NCBI GenBank assembly: GCA_963674745.2
Contig: CAXXDV010000001.1
Span: 672,001 to 736,000, forward strand
Length of the DNA stretch: 64,000 nucleotides
From: Desulfosudaceae bacterium
GTDB taxonomy: Bacteria > Desulfobacterota > Desulfobacteria > Desulfobacterales > Desulfosudaceae
Reading direction: 5' to 3'
Part shown: one piece after another, positions 1 through 14,395 of the stretch
How positions within the stretch are numbered: the first letter of the stretch is position 1
Layout: each line of letters opens with the position of its first letter
Notes under the pieces: generated by a model
Told to the model about the DNA's origin: nothing
The model's input: only the letters and a program-made list of their open reading frames with translations
The model's database searches: none
Made by a program: the position numbers and the translations under genes

Positions 1-133
1 CATGAAAAATTCCAAGGACCAGATGGGAAAAAATATGCGCTACGGCTATGCTGTTTTCAACCACAACTCGCACCGTGTAAAAGCCCGTGTCCAGCAGATG
101 CTTTATAACCACCGCTTGAAAAAAAGCGCTTGA
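1..133 (+). CDS. 3' end of an unidentified gene entering from the left edge (partial)
   Basis: Frame 2 is open from the window edge (MKNSKDQMGKNMRYGYAVFNHNSHRVKARVQQMLYNHRLKKSA) to TGA at 131-133; no recognisable motif. Confidence 0.4.
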   Translation, partial: MKNSKDQMGKNMRYGYAVFNHNSHRVKARVQQMLYNHRLKKSA

Positions 134-393
134 TAAACAGAACACCCAACGGGACAAACCGTTCTCTCTGCCATACTGAAACCTGATTAATCCGAAGATG
201 CCCGGCAAAAGCCATTGAGACCGGACCGGTGGCAAAAAAGCTAAATATTCATATGGTTGTCAATTTTACGAGAAAATTTTAGCGTACCATTTTTTTGTTG
301 ATTATTTGATTCGGGTTTGAATAGTATCATTTAAATATCAATGCTTAAGATCTACTGACAGATCTTCGCAGAAAACAGGGGGAATCGCTAGAA

Positions 394-873
394 ATGTCGG
401 AATTTTACAAAACCCGGGAAAAGGTTAACAAACAACCCTCAAAGTCAGAACCGGTTGGAATGCGCCGAACCAGGCGTTTTCCGGTAAGAAACGCCACGCT
501 CAAGTTGCGCAAAACCGGTATGCTCAAATTCATTCTGCTGCATACCGGCAACGACGCTTCGCTTGTCAATCTCAGCAAAAGCGGCCTGCAACTGATGATT
601 TCCGAGACGCTGAAGGCCAACGACAACTATCAGATCAATCTTTATATTCCAGGGTTTATAAACCCGCTCATCATGAAGGCACAAGTCATGTGGTGCCGAC
701 CTTATAAAAAATTTTACGACAAGACCTACTACCGGGCGGGCTTTAAGTTTGTCAAGCTGAATCAGGAAGTTGAAGGCACATTAAAAAAGCTGGAAAAGGC
801 AGCAGCAAAAAAAGCCCAAAAAAAGAAAACATCATCAACAATAAACCGGGGGATGGTTCACTCACCGGTATAA
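394..873 (+). CDS. PilZ domain-containing protein
   Basis: RRTRRFPV (RxxxR) and NLSKSGL (D/NxSxxG) c-di-GMP motifs, C-terminal AGFKF strand; GGGGA RBS-like sequence upstream. Confidence 0.8.
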   Translation: MSEFYKTREKVNKQPSKSEPVGMRRTRRFPVRNATLKLRKTGMLKFILLHTGNDASLVNLSKSGLQLMISETLKANDNYQINLYIPGFINPLIMKAQVMWCRPYKKFYDKTYYRAGFKFVKLNQEVEGTLKKLEKAAAKKAQKKKTSSTINRGMVHSPV

Positions 874-907
874 CGGCTTCGGCCAAGCTCGGCCTTTCAT
901 CAAGGTC

Positions 908-1645
908 TTACGCCACTTTTACTTCCATGGGGGCGATAATTTCCGGATCTCCGGACAGGGTGAAGTCAGGCAGATTTAACCGCCCGGCCCGCCAGCCTTT
1001 ATGAACCAGTTTACCCTCAAACGGGGGGTCGCCGATAACATTTCCGCTTAACCGGTACGCACCTGGATCAAAACCCGGCGAAACCGTTACCGCCTCTCCC
1101 TCCGCCTGTTTTGACAATGGTTCCGGTGCAACATATTTGGCCAGGGCCTGTTTGCATCCCTCATGGACACCTCGCGCCGCCGCACCGATCTGTCCGTCCT
1201 CAAACTGGTCCAGATCCTCATTTAAAAAATCAAGCAACCGCCCTTCTGTCTGCAACACGGACATCAGGTGGAGAAACAGCTTCTTCTCCTGGTGCAGGCG
1301 TTTTTCCTTTTCTGACGGGCCTTCTTCTTTGGACTTGCTTTTTTCGGCAGGCGCTGCCGGTAATTCCGCTCTTTCGGCTTTCCGGCATACCCGGCCGATG
1401 ACCAGCCACAGCATCAGCATCCATAAGACAATCACCAAATCTGCCGTGATCATCGTAATCTCCTTGTAAAGATCCGGACGGATTTCAGCCGGCCACCATA
1501 AGGGTGGCCGGGCAGGTAAAAAAAAGTAACACAGGCCTTCAACCAGGCCCACCAGAAGCACCGTAAACAGCGCGGTCCATAAGAGTAACCGCCGCGTCAG
1601 GGAAGCGGATTTTTTCATAAGTCGTGATACCTTCTTTTTTTTCAA
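908..1645 (-). CDS. DUF2760 domain-containing membrane protein
   Basis: Two N-terminal TM segments, then LQTEGRLLDFLNED..IGAAARGVHEGC..LSGNVIGDPPFEGKLVHKGW..IIAPMEV. Confidence 0.75.
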   Translation of the reverse strand: MKKKKVSRLMKKSASLTRRLLLWTALFTVLLVGLVEGLCYFFLPARPPLWWPAEIRPDLYKEITMITADLVIVLWMLMLWLVIGRVCRKAERAELPAAPAEKSKSKEEGPSEKEKRLHQEKKLFLHLMSVLQTEGRLLDFLNEDLDQFEDGQIGAAARGVHEGCKQALAKYVAPEPLSKQAEGEAVTVSPGFDPGAYRLSGNVIGDPPFEGKLVHKGWRAGRLNLPDFTLSGDPEIIAPMEVKVA

Positions 1646-1687
1646 TTATTCATAATAAACAGAATTGTAAAAAGCCGGGGTTTAGCG

Positions 1688-1771
1688 GACACCGTGAAAA
1701 GTTCAAGATCAAGGGGCGCAAATCTTGAGGGATACAGAAAGCGGCACTGGGTTTTTTTACGAAGCCGTCAT
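1688..1771. repeat. Decayed short IS-end/MITE-like element
   Basis: Imperfect inverted ends GAC..CGTGAAAAG / TTTTTACGAAGCCGTC; partial similarity to the reverse complement of 61344-61400. Confidence 0.4.
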
Positions 1772-2418
1772 TATTCAGTATCCGGGGTGCCCGGTCGGGA
1801 CGGACCATTACCATCAGCACCGTTATCGTTGTTTTTGCTTAACTGGGTAAACAGGTCGTCAACCGTCCCGTTTTTAAGCACTTCGTCAAACTGGGAGCGA
1901 TAACTCTTGATAAAGCTGACCCCGTCGATTTCCACATCATAGACCTGCCACTGATCATTGGCTGAATAAAACTTATAAATGATTTCAACCCGACCATCCT
2001 TGGCCTCAAGATATGTCGGCACATGGATTTTCCCGGAAGATTCAATCGCTTTTCCATATACCACTTTCTGATCGGTATAAAGCGTTACCTTGTTAAGATA
2101 GGAAGCTTTCAGTCGCTCCACGAACAGGTCCACAAATCGGGTGCGCTCTTCCGGTGTCAGCCGGCTCCAGTTCTCCTTGCCCAGGGTCAACTTGGCCATG
2201 AGCGAAAAATTGATAACCGGATTTATCAACGCCATAACCTGCTGTCGTTTGGCTTCGTCGCTAACCTCGTCCTGGCTTAAAATATTAAGAACACCGTCAA
2301 TTTTTGTTTTCAGCAGTGTTTCCACGACCTCCGTTGAATCGCTGGCAAAAGCCGGAAAACAGAAGACAAAAACCATGGCTGTTATCAACCCGATATTTGT
2401 AACAGGTTTGCGTATCAT
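1771..2418 (-). CDS. mlaC: MlaC/Ttg2D-family phospholipid-binding periplasmic protein
   Basis: Signal peptide (..PAFA), WQVYDVEIDGVSFIKSYRSQF motif; ATG at 2418 follows GAGGAG and the mlaA stop. Confidence 0.85.
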   Translation of the reverse strand: MIRKPVTNIGLITAMVFVFCFPAFASDSTEVVETLLKTKIDGVLNILSQDEVSDEAKRQQVMALINPVINFSLMAKLTLGKENWSRLTPEERTRFVDLFVERLKASYLNKVTLYTDQKVVYGKAIESSGKIHVPTYLEAKDGRVEIIYKFYSANDQWQVYDVEIDGVSFIKSYRSQFDEVLKNGTVDDLFTQLSKNNDNGADGNGPSRPGTPDTE

Positions 2419-2422
2419 TTCA

Positions 2423-7076
<4,654 letters not shown>

Positions 7077-7095
7077 CGAAATAGTACCGAACTGC

Positions 7096-7135
7096 AAAAG
7101 AGGTCGCAAAAATACATTTTGCGACCTCTTTTTTG
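7096..7135 (+). terminator. Rho-independent terminator after PFOR
   Basis: AAAAGAGGTCGCAAAA-loop-TTTTGCGACCTCTTTT stem followed by a T run. Confidence 0.85.
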
Positions 7136-7160
7136 TTCTGTGTTCAGGGTTCTCGCTATT

Positions 7161-7270
7161 GTAGAGACGCCCCCTGTGGTTGCCTTTTACCGGGCAGGCA
7201 CGGGGGCCTGCCCCTACATTGTTCATGGACGCCCGCCACGGCCCGTAGGGGCAACCCCCTGTGGTTGCCC
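7161..7270. repeat. GTAG-family REP cluster (inverted pair 7161-7217 plus single REP 7245-7270)
   Basis: GTAG..CCCCTGTGGTTGCC / GGGCAGGCACGGGGGCCTGCCCCTAC; near-identical to 51394-51451. Confidence 0.8.
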
Positions 7271-7351
7271 TTCCAATGCATACCCTGCCCTTTGCCAGCC
7301 GATATCCAGTATAAATTTGCCTTTTTTTATTTTCTTTTATACCCTGTTGAC

Positions 7352-8530
7352 ATGAAACCGGATGATTTAAGACAAAGGCTCAACTGGGATGCCTGTGTTG
7401 AGTGCGGTGAGTGCCTGGTCAACTGCCGTTACATCGACTTTACCCGGGACGAGGCCATCCGGGAGATCAAAAAAATCAACCGGGGTGACACCGCCGATAT
7501 CCTTAAAAATTGCATCAGCTGTTATGCCTGTGACGCTTTCTGCCCCAATGACGCTCATCCTTACGAACGGATTATCTTCGGCTGGGACGCGCGGCATAAA
7601 AATCAGGGTCTGCCGCGCCGGGCTCACTACCTCATGCCCGGCAGCAAACCCAATTTCCGGGAAAATATTCCTTTTTACGAAAGCGAAAAAGCAATCCTGG
7701 CCCAGTGGAACCGGCCCGTTCCACCGGCGGAAACAATTCTCTATCCCGGCTGTAACCTGCTGGCCATGCCGTTTCTGGCAACGGGCAAAATTTTCGATCT
7801 GCTGCCGGTCTGGGGCAATTTTGATCTGTGCTGCGGAGAAATGTATTTCCGCACCGGTAACCTGGATAAAACAAAAGCGATTGCGGACAAGCTGACAAAC
7901 TTTTACAAAGACAAACCCGTTAAAGAGATGGTATTTGTCTGCCCGGCCGGTTACAACATGTTCACCAACGTACTGCCTCAATTGTTTGGCGCCGAATTTT
8001 CTTTCAAGACGACTTTTTTAACCGACTGGCTGACAAAGGCATTTGACGACGGACGGCTGACCATCACCCGACCTTTGGACGGCAGCGTGGTCATGCACGA
8101 CTCCTGCCATGCCCGGATACTGGGTGATGACTTCATGGAGGCCCAGCGTGATATTCTAAGACGTATGGGGTTGACTATTTATGAGACACCGCAAAACAAG
8201 TCCCATGGTCTGTGCTGCGGCATGGCCGCGGGCGCCAATAAATTTTCCGTGGTCGACCTGGTCAAAAACGCCCTGCGGCAATTACTGACGTTGGACCGGG
8301 CCGACGGTGACGCCGCCGCCATTTACTGCACCGGCTGCCTGCTCATGTTAAGCTGTGTCCGGCCGCTTGCCCCCCTTGGCAAACCCCTGGTGCATCCATT
8401 GGAGTATATCCGCCATGCCCTGGGCGAGTCCGTTCCACGCCGCAACGTTCCCCGGGCCATGGCCATCACCGCCGGCATTCTCTCCCACTCGCTGCCGTGG
8501 TATTTCAGTCGGCGAACCTTCCGTCCCTGA
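7352..8530 (+). CDS. (Fe-S)-binding protein with ferredoxin and two CCG domains (HdrD/GlpC-like)
   Basis: CVECGECLVNC, CISCYACDAFCP, YPGC..CCG..CPAG, HDSCH..CCG..CTGC; start moved to ATG 7352 because the longer ORF runs through REP DNA. Confidence 0.85.
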   Translation: MKPDDLRQRLNWDACVECGECLVNCRYIDFTRDEAIREIKKINRGDTADILKNCISCYACDAFCPNDAHPYERIIFGWDARHKNQGLPRRAHYLMPGSKPNFRENIPFYESEKAILAQWNRPVPPAETILYPGCNLLAMPFLATGKIFDLLPVWGNFDLCCGEMYFRTGNLDKTKAIADKLTNFYKDKPVKEMVFVCPAGYNMFTNVLPQLFGAEFSFKTTFLTDWLTKAFDDGRLTITRPLDGSVVMHDSCHARILGDDFMEAQRDILRRMGLTIYETPQNKSHGLCCGMAAGANKFSVVDLVKNALRQLLTLDRADGDAAAIYCTGCLLMLSCVRPLAPLGKPLVHPLEYIRHALGESVPRRNVPRAMAITAGILSHSLPWYFSRRTFRP

Positions 8531-8572
8531 GCCGGATACGGAGTTCTTGTTCTGACCGCATTCAATTGTTAA

Positions 8573-8843
8573 AAGGGATCAAGGATTCGAGGGGTCCAGG
8601 GAGATATTGTAGGGGCGGCCCCCTGTGGCCGCCCGGTGTTTGGGCACCCACAGGGGGGTGCCCCTGCATGAGTAGACGACCAATCGATCTGAATTATATT
8701 GATATGACACGGATTACACGGATCTTATGAACAACGCCCCTCAAACCCCGACCACTTAATCACCTAATCACATAAACACTTAACCACATACCTGAATCTC
8801 TAAAACCCTAACACTTAAAACTTTAAAACCTAAAACCTTCAAA
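8573..8843. repeat. Stacked intergenic repeats: GGATTCGA-type octamers, GTAG REP pair (8609-8667), CACTTAAT-type octamers and TAAAACC heptamers
   Basis: Seen directly; the same units recur at 31321-31500, 47686-47722 and 61409-61460. Confidence 0.7.
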
Positions 8844-8903
8844 GCCCCTGAAAGGCTACTATTGCCCACAGGCTAAGTGCCAAGCCGTCCCATGGGGGCA
8901 CAC

Positions 8904-9848
8904 TTAGAAGTAGTAATCCCGATTGGCCAGCATATCAGCCGCCTTCTCCTGGGCGACCTTGTTCAAGGCCCTGACGGAAGGAAATTCATCCACGGAAAAG
9001 TTCAGAATATAATTTAACTCCTGATCGAACAGCGCTTCTTCCAGAAGCAGGGTCGGATAGTATCGGGCGTAGAGGAAACGATTCAGCAGGAAATCGGGCT
9101 CAATCTCGATGGCTTTTTCAAATTCCACCAGGGCCTTATCAGGGCCGCCGCCTCCGGCAGCCGGCATGATGGCGTAATACACGCCCAGCAGAACATGGGT
9201 GGTGCCGTATTCAATCGTCTCATCGGTGGCTAATATCCAGTTGGTCAAGTCAACAAAATCTTCGGCCAGGGCCAGCACCTGGGGAACGTCCAGGCTGCAG
9301 ATAAGGTTCAGGCCCATATTAAAAGCCACACCGTAAGCCGCGGGAAGATCTTTTTTCTTAAGATAAGTTACAGCCTCTTTTATGGGGACATCCTTTTCAA
9401 GGGCTTTCTTGAATCGCCGGTTGGTTTTCAAGGCCTTCATGCCGTAATTAATCCCTCGCCAGTACATGTTTCGGGCCCGTTCAAGCCCTTGATTCCGCAC
9501 AGCCTCGTCCACATCCTGGTATTCGTCAACCACCACAAAGCCGTATCCGTAATACCCGTAAAGTTTGGAAACCAGGGCATTGAGTTCCAAATTATCAGGT
9601 GAATTAAGGGCCAGGGTTTCCAGTAGAATAAGATCCGCCTCGAGCAAAGACTGCAGCACAACCAGATCGTCGTGCCGTAATCCGGTATCTACCAGATCAT
9701 TAATGGTCGGCACGGCCAGATCACTGATCGTACTCTTGACAACGCCCATACCACCGATGGCGGCACAACCGGAAACGTAAACGGGTAAAATGGCAACCAG
9801 TACCAGCCTTAACCTTAACCCGGAAAACAACGATTTGTATGCCTTCAT
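8904..9848 (-). CDS. TRAP transporter TatT-family (TPAT T-component) lipoprotein
   Basis: Lipobox-like VSGC, all-helical TPR-like pattern, ARNMYWRG..YG, P..GGGPDKA..FEKAI; last gene of a dctPQM operon. Confidence 0.8.
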   Translation of the reverse strand: MKAYKSLFSGLRLRLVLVAILPVYVSGCAAIGGMGVVKSTISDLAVPTINDLVDTGLRHDDLVVLQSLLEADLILLETLALNSPDNLELNALVSKLYGYYGYGFVVVDEYQDVDEAVRNQGLERARNMYWRGINYGMKALKTNRRFKKALEKDVPIKEAVTYLKKKDLPAAYGVAFNMGLNLICSLDVPQVLALAEDFVDLTNWILATDETIEYGTTHVLLGVYYAIMPAAGGGGPDKALVEFEKAIEIEPDFLLNRFLYARYYPTLLLEEALFDQELNYILNFSVDEFPSVRALNKVAQEKAADMLANRDYYF

Positions 9849-9860
9849 ATTATCTCCTTT

Positions 9861-11138
9861 TCATGACCCCAGCCAGAGGCTCAGGCCGGGAACATAGGTG
9901 ATCAACAAAAGTGTTATGATGCCAAGCAATAAAAAGGGGAGCACCGCCCCGTAAAGATAGACAATGCTTTTGTTAAACCGGAAGCTGGAAATAAACAGAT
10001 TCAAGCCGATGGGCGGCGTACAGTAGCCGATCTCCAGATTGACCAGAAAAATAATGGCCAGGTGAACCGGATCGACCCCGAAACTCAGGGCAATAGGGGT
10101 AATGAGCGGCACCACCACCATGATGGCTGAAAAAATATCCAGAAAGCACCCCACCACCAGCAGCAGGCAGTTTAACATAATCAGGAACACGATCTTTGAT
10201 TCGGTAAACTGCTTCATGAATTCAACCACCGCGTAGGGAATCCGGAAATCAACGATAAAATAGGAAAAGGCCAGGGCCATGCAGAGAATCATCAAAATAG
10301 CGCCGACCATTTTCATACTGTCAATCGTTACCCGGTAAAGCTGCCTGGCATTCAGGTCCCTGATAATCAGCACCTCGGCCACAAACACATAAGCGGCGGT
10401 CAGGGCGGCTACTTCCGTCACCGTGGCAAACCCGCCATATATACCGACAATGATCAGGATCGGAATCGGGATTTCCCAGACAGCGCTTTTTAAGGCGGCA
10501 AATATTCTGCCCACCTCAAATTTATCCCGGGACATGTTTGACTTTAAGGCGGTTAAAAAAGGATAGCCGCCCCAGACCAGCATCAGGAGGATGCCGGGTA
10601 TGATGCCGGCGGTGAAAATACTCTGGATATCAACGCCGGCGATAAACCCGTACAAAATAACAGGGATACTGGGAGGGAATAACAGGCCGAGGCTGCCCGA
10701 TGCCGTCACCAGCCCCGTCGACATCCTTTCGGTGTATCCGCTTTTCATCAGAGCGGGCAGCAACAGACCGCCCAGGGCGATAATGGTGACGCCCGAGGCA
10801 CCGGTAAAGGCCGTAAACAAGGCGCAGGACACGATGGTCACCCAGGTAATGCTCCCGGGTATCCATCCCAGCAGGGCATTGTTCAACTCCACCAGGCGTT
10901 GCGGCATCTTGCTTTCGGCCATGATATATCCCGCGAATGTAAACAACGGAATGGAAACCAGAATGGGGTTTGAGACCAGTCGATAGGCTTCGCCGAAAAT
11001 AACCATCAACGGCTCCCCGGCGAACCAGTAAATACAGAACATGGAGGCCGCGCCGAGAATAAGAAAAAGGGGGGTTCCGACGACAAAGAAAAACAAAACC
11101 ACAGCCAGGAAGGCCCAGGGTAGAAGCAATTCTATCAT
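9861..11138 (-). CDS. dctM: TRAP transporter large permease
   Basis: SIPLFTFAGYIM, SGSLGLLFPPSIP, GVDPVHL, EIGYCTPPIGLNLF. Confidence 0.93.
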   Translation of the reverse strand: MIELLLPWAFLAVVLFFFVVGTPLFLILGAASMFCIYWFAGEPLMVIFGEAYRLVSNPILVSIPLFTFAGYIMAESKMPQRLVELNNALLGWIPGSITWVTIVSCALFTAFTGASGVTIIALGGLLLPALMKSGYTERMSTGLVTASGSLGLLFPPSIPVILYGFIAGVDIQSIFTAGIIPGILLMLVWGGYPFLTALKSNMSRDKFEVGRIFAALKSAVWEIPIPILIIVGIYGGFATVTEVAALTAAYVFVAEVLIIRDLNARQLYRVTIDSMKMVGAILMILCMALAFSYFIVDFRIPYAVVEFMKQFTESKIVFLIMLNCLLLVVGCFLDIFSAIMVVVPLITPIALSFGVDPVHLAIIFLVNLEIGYCTPPIGLNLFISSFRFNKSIVYLYGAVLPFLLLGIITLLLITYVPGLSLWLGS

Positions 11139-11150
11139 TTTACCATCCTT

Positions 11151-11642
11151 TTATCCGGCACGCCGGATATTGCTGATTTCCTCCAGCGCCAGTAGAAAGA
11201 AACGATACAGAATGATTGAAAGGCTGACCGGCATGACCAGCTGCAGAACCCAGAGCGGCACCGGTATGGCCGTCAGCATCTCCATCATGTCATATTCAAG
11301 TTGTACAAAGTCGATGGCGCAAACAATCAGAAATCCGCAAATGACCATGGCCACGATATTGATGGCCAGCATGATAAAATTCCGCAGATTGCCTTTCAGA
11401 TACTTTGACACAAAATCGACTTTTATGTGCTCCGCCCGCCTGGTAGCCAGGCTGCCGCCCACCATGGCCAGCCATAAAACCAGGATCTGGTTCATGCTGG
11501 TCGAATAGGACGGTACGTTGATCTCCAGGGCCCGGAAAAAAATCTGGAGCACATTGAGGATGATAATGGTAAAGACCATCACAAAAACCAGAATTTCCTC
11601 AACCCTGGCGATAACGTCATCTATTTTTTTTAATGCCGTCAT
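11151..11642 (-). CDS. dctQ: TRAP transporter small permease
   Basis: Four TM helices, LWLAMVGGSLA..EHIKVD. Confidence 0.9.
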   Translation of the reverse strand: MTALKKIDDVIARVEEILVFVMVFTIIILNVLQIFFRALEINVPSYSTSMNQILVLWLAMVGGSLATRRAEHIKVDFVSKYLKGNLRNFIMLAINIVAMVICGFLIVCAIDFVQLEYDMMEMLTAIPVPLWVLQLVMPVSLSIILYRFFLLALEEISNIRRAG

Positions 11643-11661
11643 GAATGGCGTCCTTTATCCT

Positions 11662-12705
11662 TTATTTGTTTTGGCTTCGAAAATCTTTCAAATGATGTTT
11701 GACGTCCTCGAGGATTGCTTTGGGGAACATGTCTCCGGGAAGGGTTTCCCAGACCTTCATGGTCTTTTCCCTGATCTTTGCCAGTTCTTCGGGTGAAATT
11801 TCAACGACATTGATGCCGCCGGTTTCAACCAGGGCCTTTAAGGCTTCTTCATCCGCTTCGTGTATTTTCTGGAGGTATTCCCGCTTAATCTTTTCCACGT
11901 CTTCATCATATACCATGGCCTGAATGTCCTCCGGCAAAGACTCCCACGCTTCTCGGGTAAAAATGAAGAAAGCCGGGGTATAAAACAATGACGGCGTGTA
12001 TACGGTGTCAACGAATTTGTTCCACTGAAAGGAAAGGACATGAAGGGGCGTACCGTAAAAGGCGGTTATCATGCCCGTCTGCAGGGCCGTCAAGGTTTCC
12101 GGCAACGGCAGGGAAATCGGATTGACACCCAAAGATTTCGATATTTCCAGCATGACCGGATCACCCTCCCATTGCCAGACCTTTTGCTGGGGGAAATCCC
12201 GGATCAGGCTGTCCACTTTGCCTTTGGTCCAGAAGTGCGCGAAACCGGCTTCTGAGATGGCTACCAGTTTGTATCCATGTTCCCAGGCGGCCTTTTCAAA
12301 ATACTCGAAGGTTTTATCATAAACATAGTCTGTTTCATCATAATTACGGTTAGGAAACAGAAACGGCAGTTCCATGACCTGAAATTCGGGGACCGTCAGG
12401 CGAACACCGGCCAGTGTAATACCGGCGCCCTGAATCACACCCATTTTCATTTTGCGGATCACATCCGGCTCATCGCCCATGACACCGCCGGCATAATAAT
12501 TGAATTTCACTCTGCCCCCTGATTTTTCCTCGACATAATCGGTGGCCGCCCGCATGGCCTTCATCCATGGTGTCCCTGCCGGCGCCAGGGTGGCGATTTT
12601 CATTCGTATCCGTTTAGATCGGGCATCCGCATACGTTGAAGAAAAACAGAACAGTGCTACCGTCATAAATAGAAAAAGCGCCTTAAAAGAACCTTTTTTC
12701 AGCAT
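11662..12705 (-). CDS. dctP: TRAP substrate-binding protein (TPAT P-component type)
   Basis: Signal peptide, KIATLAPAGTPW, YAGGVMGDE..RKM, LTALQTGMI. Confidence 0.92.
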   Translation of the reverse strand: MLKKGSFKALFLFMTVALFCFSSTYADARSKRIRMKIATLAPAGTPWMKAMRAATDYVEEKSGGRVKFNYYAGGVMGDEPDVIRKMKMGVIQGAGITLAGVRLTVPEFQVMELPFLFPNRNYDETDYVYDKTFEYFEKAAWEHGYKLVAISEAGFAHFWTKGKVDSLIRDFPQQKVWQWEGDPVMLEISKSLGVNPISLPLPETLTALQTGMITAFYGTPLHVLSFQWNKFVDTVYTPSLFYTPAFFIFTREAWESLPEDIQAMVYDEDVEKIKREYLQKIHEADEEALKALVETGGINVVEISPEELAKIREKTMKVWETLPGDMFPKAILEDVKHHLKDFRSQNK

Positions 12706-13004
12706 AAAACACCTCCGATATTGTTTTAGGAATAAATTGTGTGTCCAAGTTATGCATGCAAAATTTGTACAACTGTAAAAAAAGCGCCTTTTTTATTTTT
12801 AAGTATTCTATTTTATTATCATAAAAACATTTTCACCAAAAATTATCAAAAACACAAATTGGGGCCTATCGGATCGCCAGGCATCTCTTCTGACGGCCAT
12901 TTCAGCAATAACCACCTGTTATGATAAGGTTTTAAATTTAAATGCCCGCTATGCCCACCATGGGCACAAATGACCAGCATCATATGCTCGATCAACACCC
13001 GCTT

Positions 13005-13757
13005 TCAGGGTTTGCCCTTCCATACCAGACGCATCTGATTCAACTTAAAATCCAATGTATTATCAAGAATATACAAATTGGGGATCTCTTCAGCAATAGC
13101 ACCTTCAAGTGATACGTTGGCCTGAACGTGCTCCTTAAACGGAATGGTTAAATCGGCTTTTAACGGAATTTCCGCGGAAAATACCGTTTTAATCGGAATC
13201 TGGAAGACATCATCGATATCGACACTCACGGGCGTGCGCAGTGCCAGGGCAAAATCCTCATGCACCTCAACCTGTTGATCCACGGGTATACTTGTTTTAA
13301 CAGGGATATAGCCTTTTACGGGAACAGAAACGGGGATGCCCAGCACAGACGTCTTGATGACAGTGTCTACAAATACTTCTGTATCAATGGGAATATCGGA
13401 CTTGAAAGGAACGGTCATATAAACCGGGATAGTGGTGTTCAGTTCAATAGGGACATCAAGGGTTTTTTTAAAGGGGATGGAAAAGTGCTGTTGAAATGGG
13501 ACTGTAACGGAAATTGTTTCATTCAGGGGGATATGCAATAGCTGGTCGATTTCAGCCAGCACCGGAAAAGAGGCCGCCATCCGGGCTTTTAAGTATTGCT
13601 GTTCCAGGTTGATTCTCAGGCTGATACGGTCTAAAAAGCCGGTCGCGAAAAAGGCATATGCCATTACCGCGGCCAGAAGGACGGCACCGCATAAAACGCC
13701 CCCCAGCGCGGCGAAAAAAACGCGACCCGTCTTTATCGTGATATGATACTCCCCCAT
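13005..13757 (-). CDS. Hypothetical membrane-anchored protein with repeated [IV]P[hydrophobic] beta-strand motifs
   Basis: One N-terminal TM helix, then about 16 xP-hydrophobic motifs in alternating beta-pattern sequence. Confidence 0.7.
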   Translation of the reverse strand: MGEYHITIKTGRVFFAALGGVLCGAVLLAAVMAYAFFATGFLDRISLRINLEQQYLKARMAASFPVLAEIDQLLHIPLNETISVTVPFQQHFSIPFKKTLDVPIELNTTIPVYMTVPFKSDIPIDTEVFVDTVIKTSVLGIPVSVPVKGYIPVKTSIPVDQQVEVHEDFALALRTPVSVDIDDVFQIPIKTVFSAEIPLKADLTIPFKEHVQANVSLEGAIAEEIPNLYILDNTLDFKLNQMRLVWKGKP

Positions 13758-13811
13758 ATCGCCATTCCGAGTAAACTCAGCGCTTGAACAGGTGACGCAA
13801 TCAGGGCTGAC

Positions 13812-14345
13812 TTACTTTTTGGGCGTTGGAATAACCAGAACCGGAATTCGGCTTTTTTTCAAAACACTTTTGGTCGTAGAACCGGTAACCGCTTCCGCGA
13901 ACCTGTTGTAACGGCCATGTCCCATAACAATCAGGTCACAGTCGTATTTTTTGACGGCCGCGAAAATCTCAGAAACCGGATCTCCCTTTTTTACGATAAT
14001 TTCATCGGCCGGGATATCCTGCTGCTGAAGCTGGGTTTTCACATCTTCACAAAAAACCCCCAGGGCGTCTCTGACGACATCCGCCTCACGGCGTTTTCCG
14101 ATGAGAATATCCCTGGCACTTTCAGCATGTTCATCCTGTTTTTCGTCCAGCTCCCGCATTTTCTCACTGCCTAGAAAAACGGAAAGCATATTTCTGGTGT
14201 TTTCGGGCGGATCATCCCCCATCACATGAAGGATAACGATACTGGCTTTACTCAAGGCGGCAACACTGGTCACATACTGAAAAGAATAGCGGGCATGTTC
14301 GGAAAGATCAGTTGGAAAAAGAATTTTTTTGAATTTTGGGATCAC
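13812..14345 (-). CDS. Universal stress protein
   Basis: KKILFPTDLS, GDP..I..DLIVMG..GS....VL..IPVLVIP; GTG start after GGAGG. Confidence 0.9.
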   Translation of the reverse strand: MIPKFKKILFPTDLSEHARYSFQYVTSVAALSKASIVILHVMGDDPPENTRNMLSVFLGSEKMRELDEKQDEHAESARDILIGKRREADVVRDALGVFCEDVKTQLQQQDIPADEIIVKKGDPVSEIFAAVKKYDCDLIVMGHGRYNRFAEAVTGSTTKSVLKKSRIPVLVIPTPKK

Positions 14346-14395
14346 CGTGAACCCTCCCCACACTTTAAATTACATATTATCATATTTTAATTACA

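Noticed and set aside
7133..7351. N-terminal 73 aa of the 465-aa ORF
   Set aside because: Translates terminator and REP DNA; the true start is more likely ATG 7352
12755..12772. Sigma54-like promoter upstream of dctP (TTGTACAAATTTTGCA on the minus strand)
   Set aside because: Has TG rather than the invariant GG at -24
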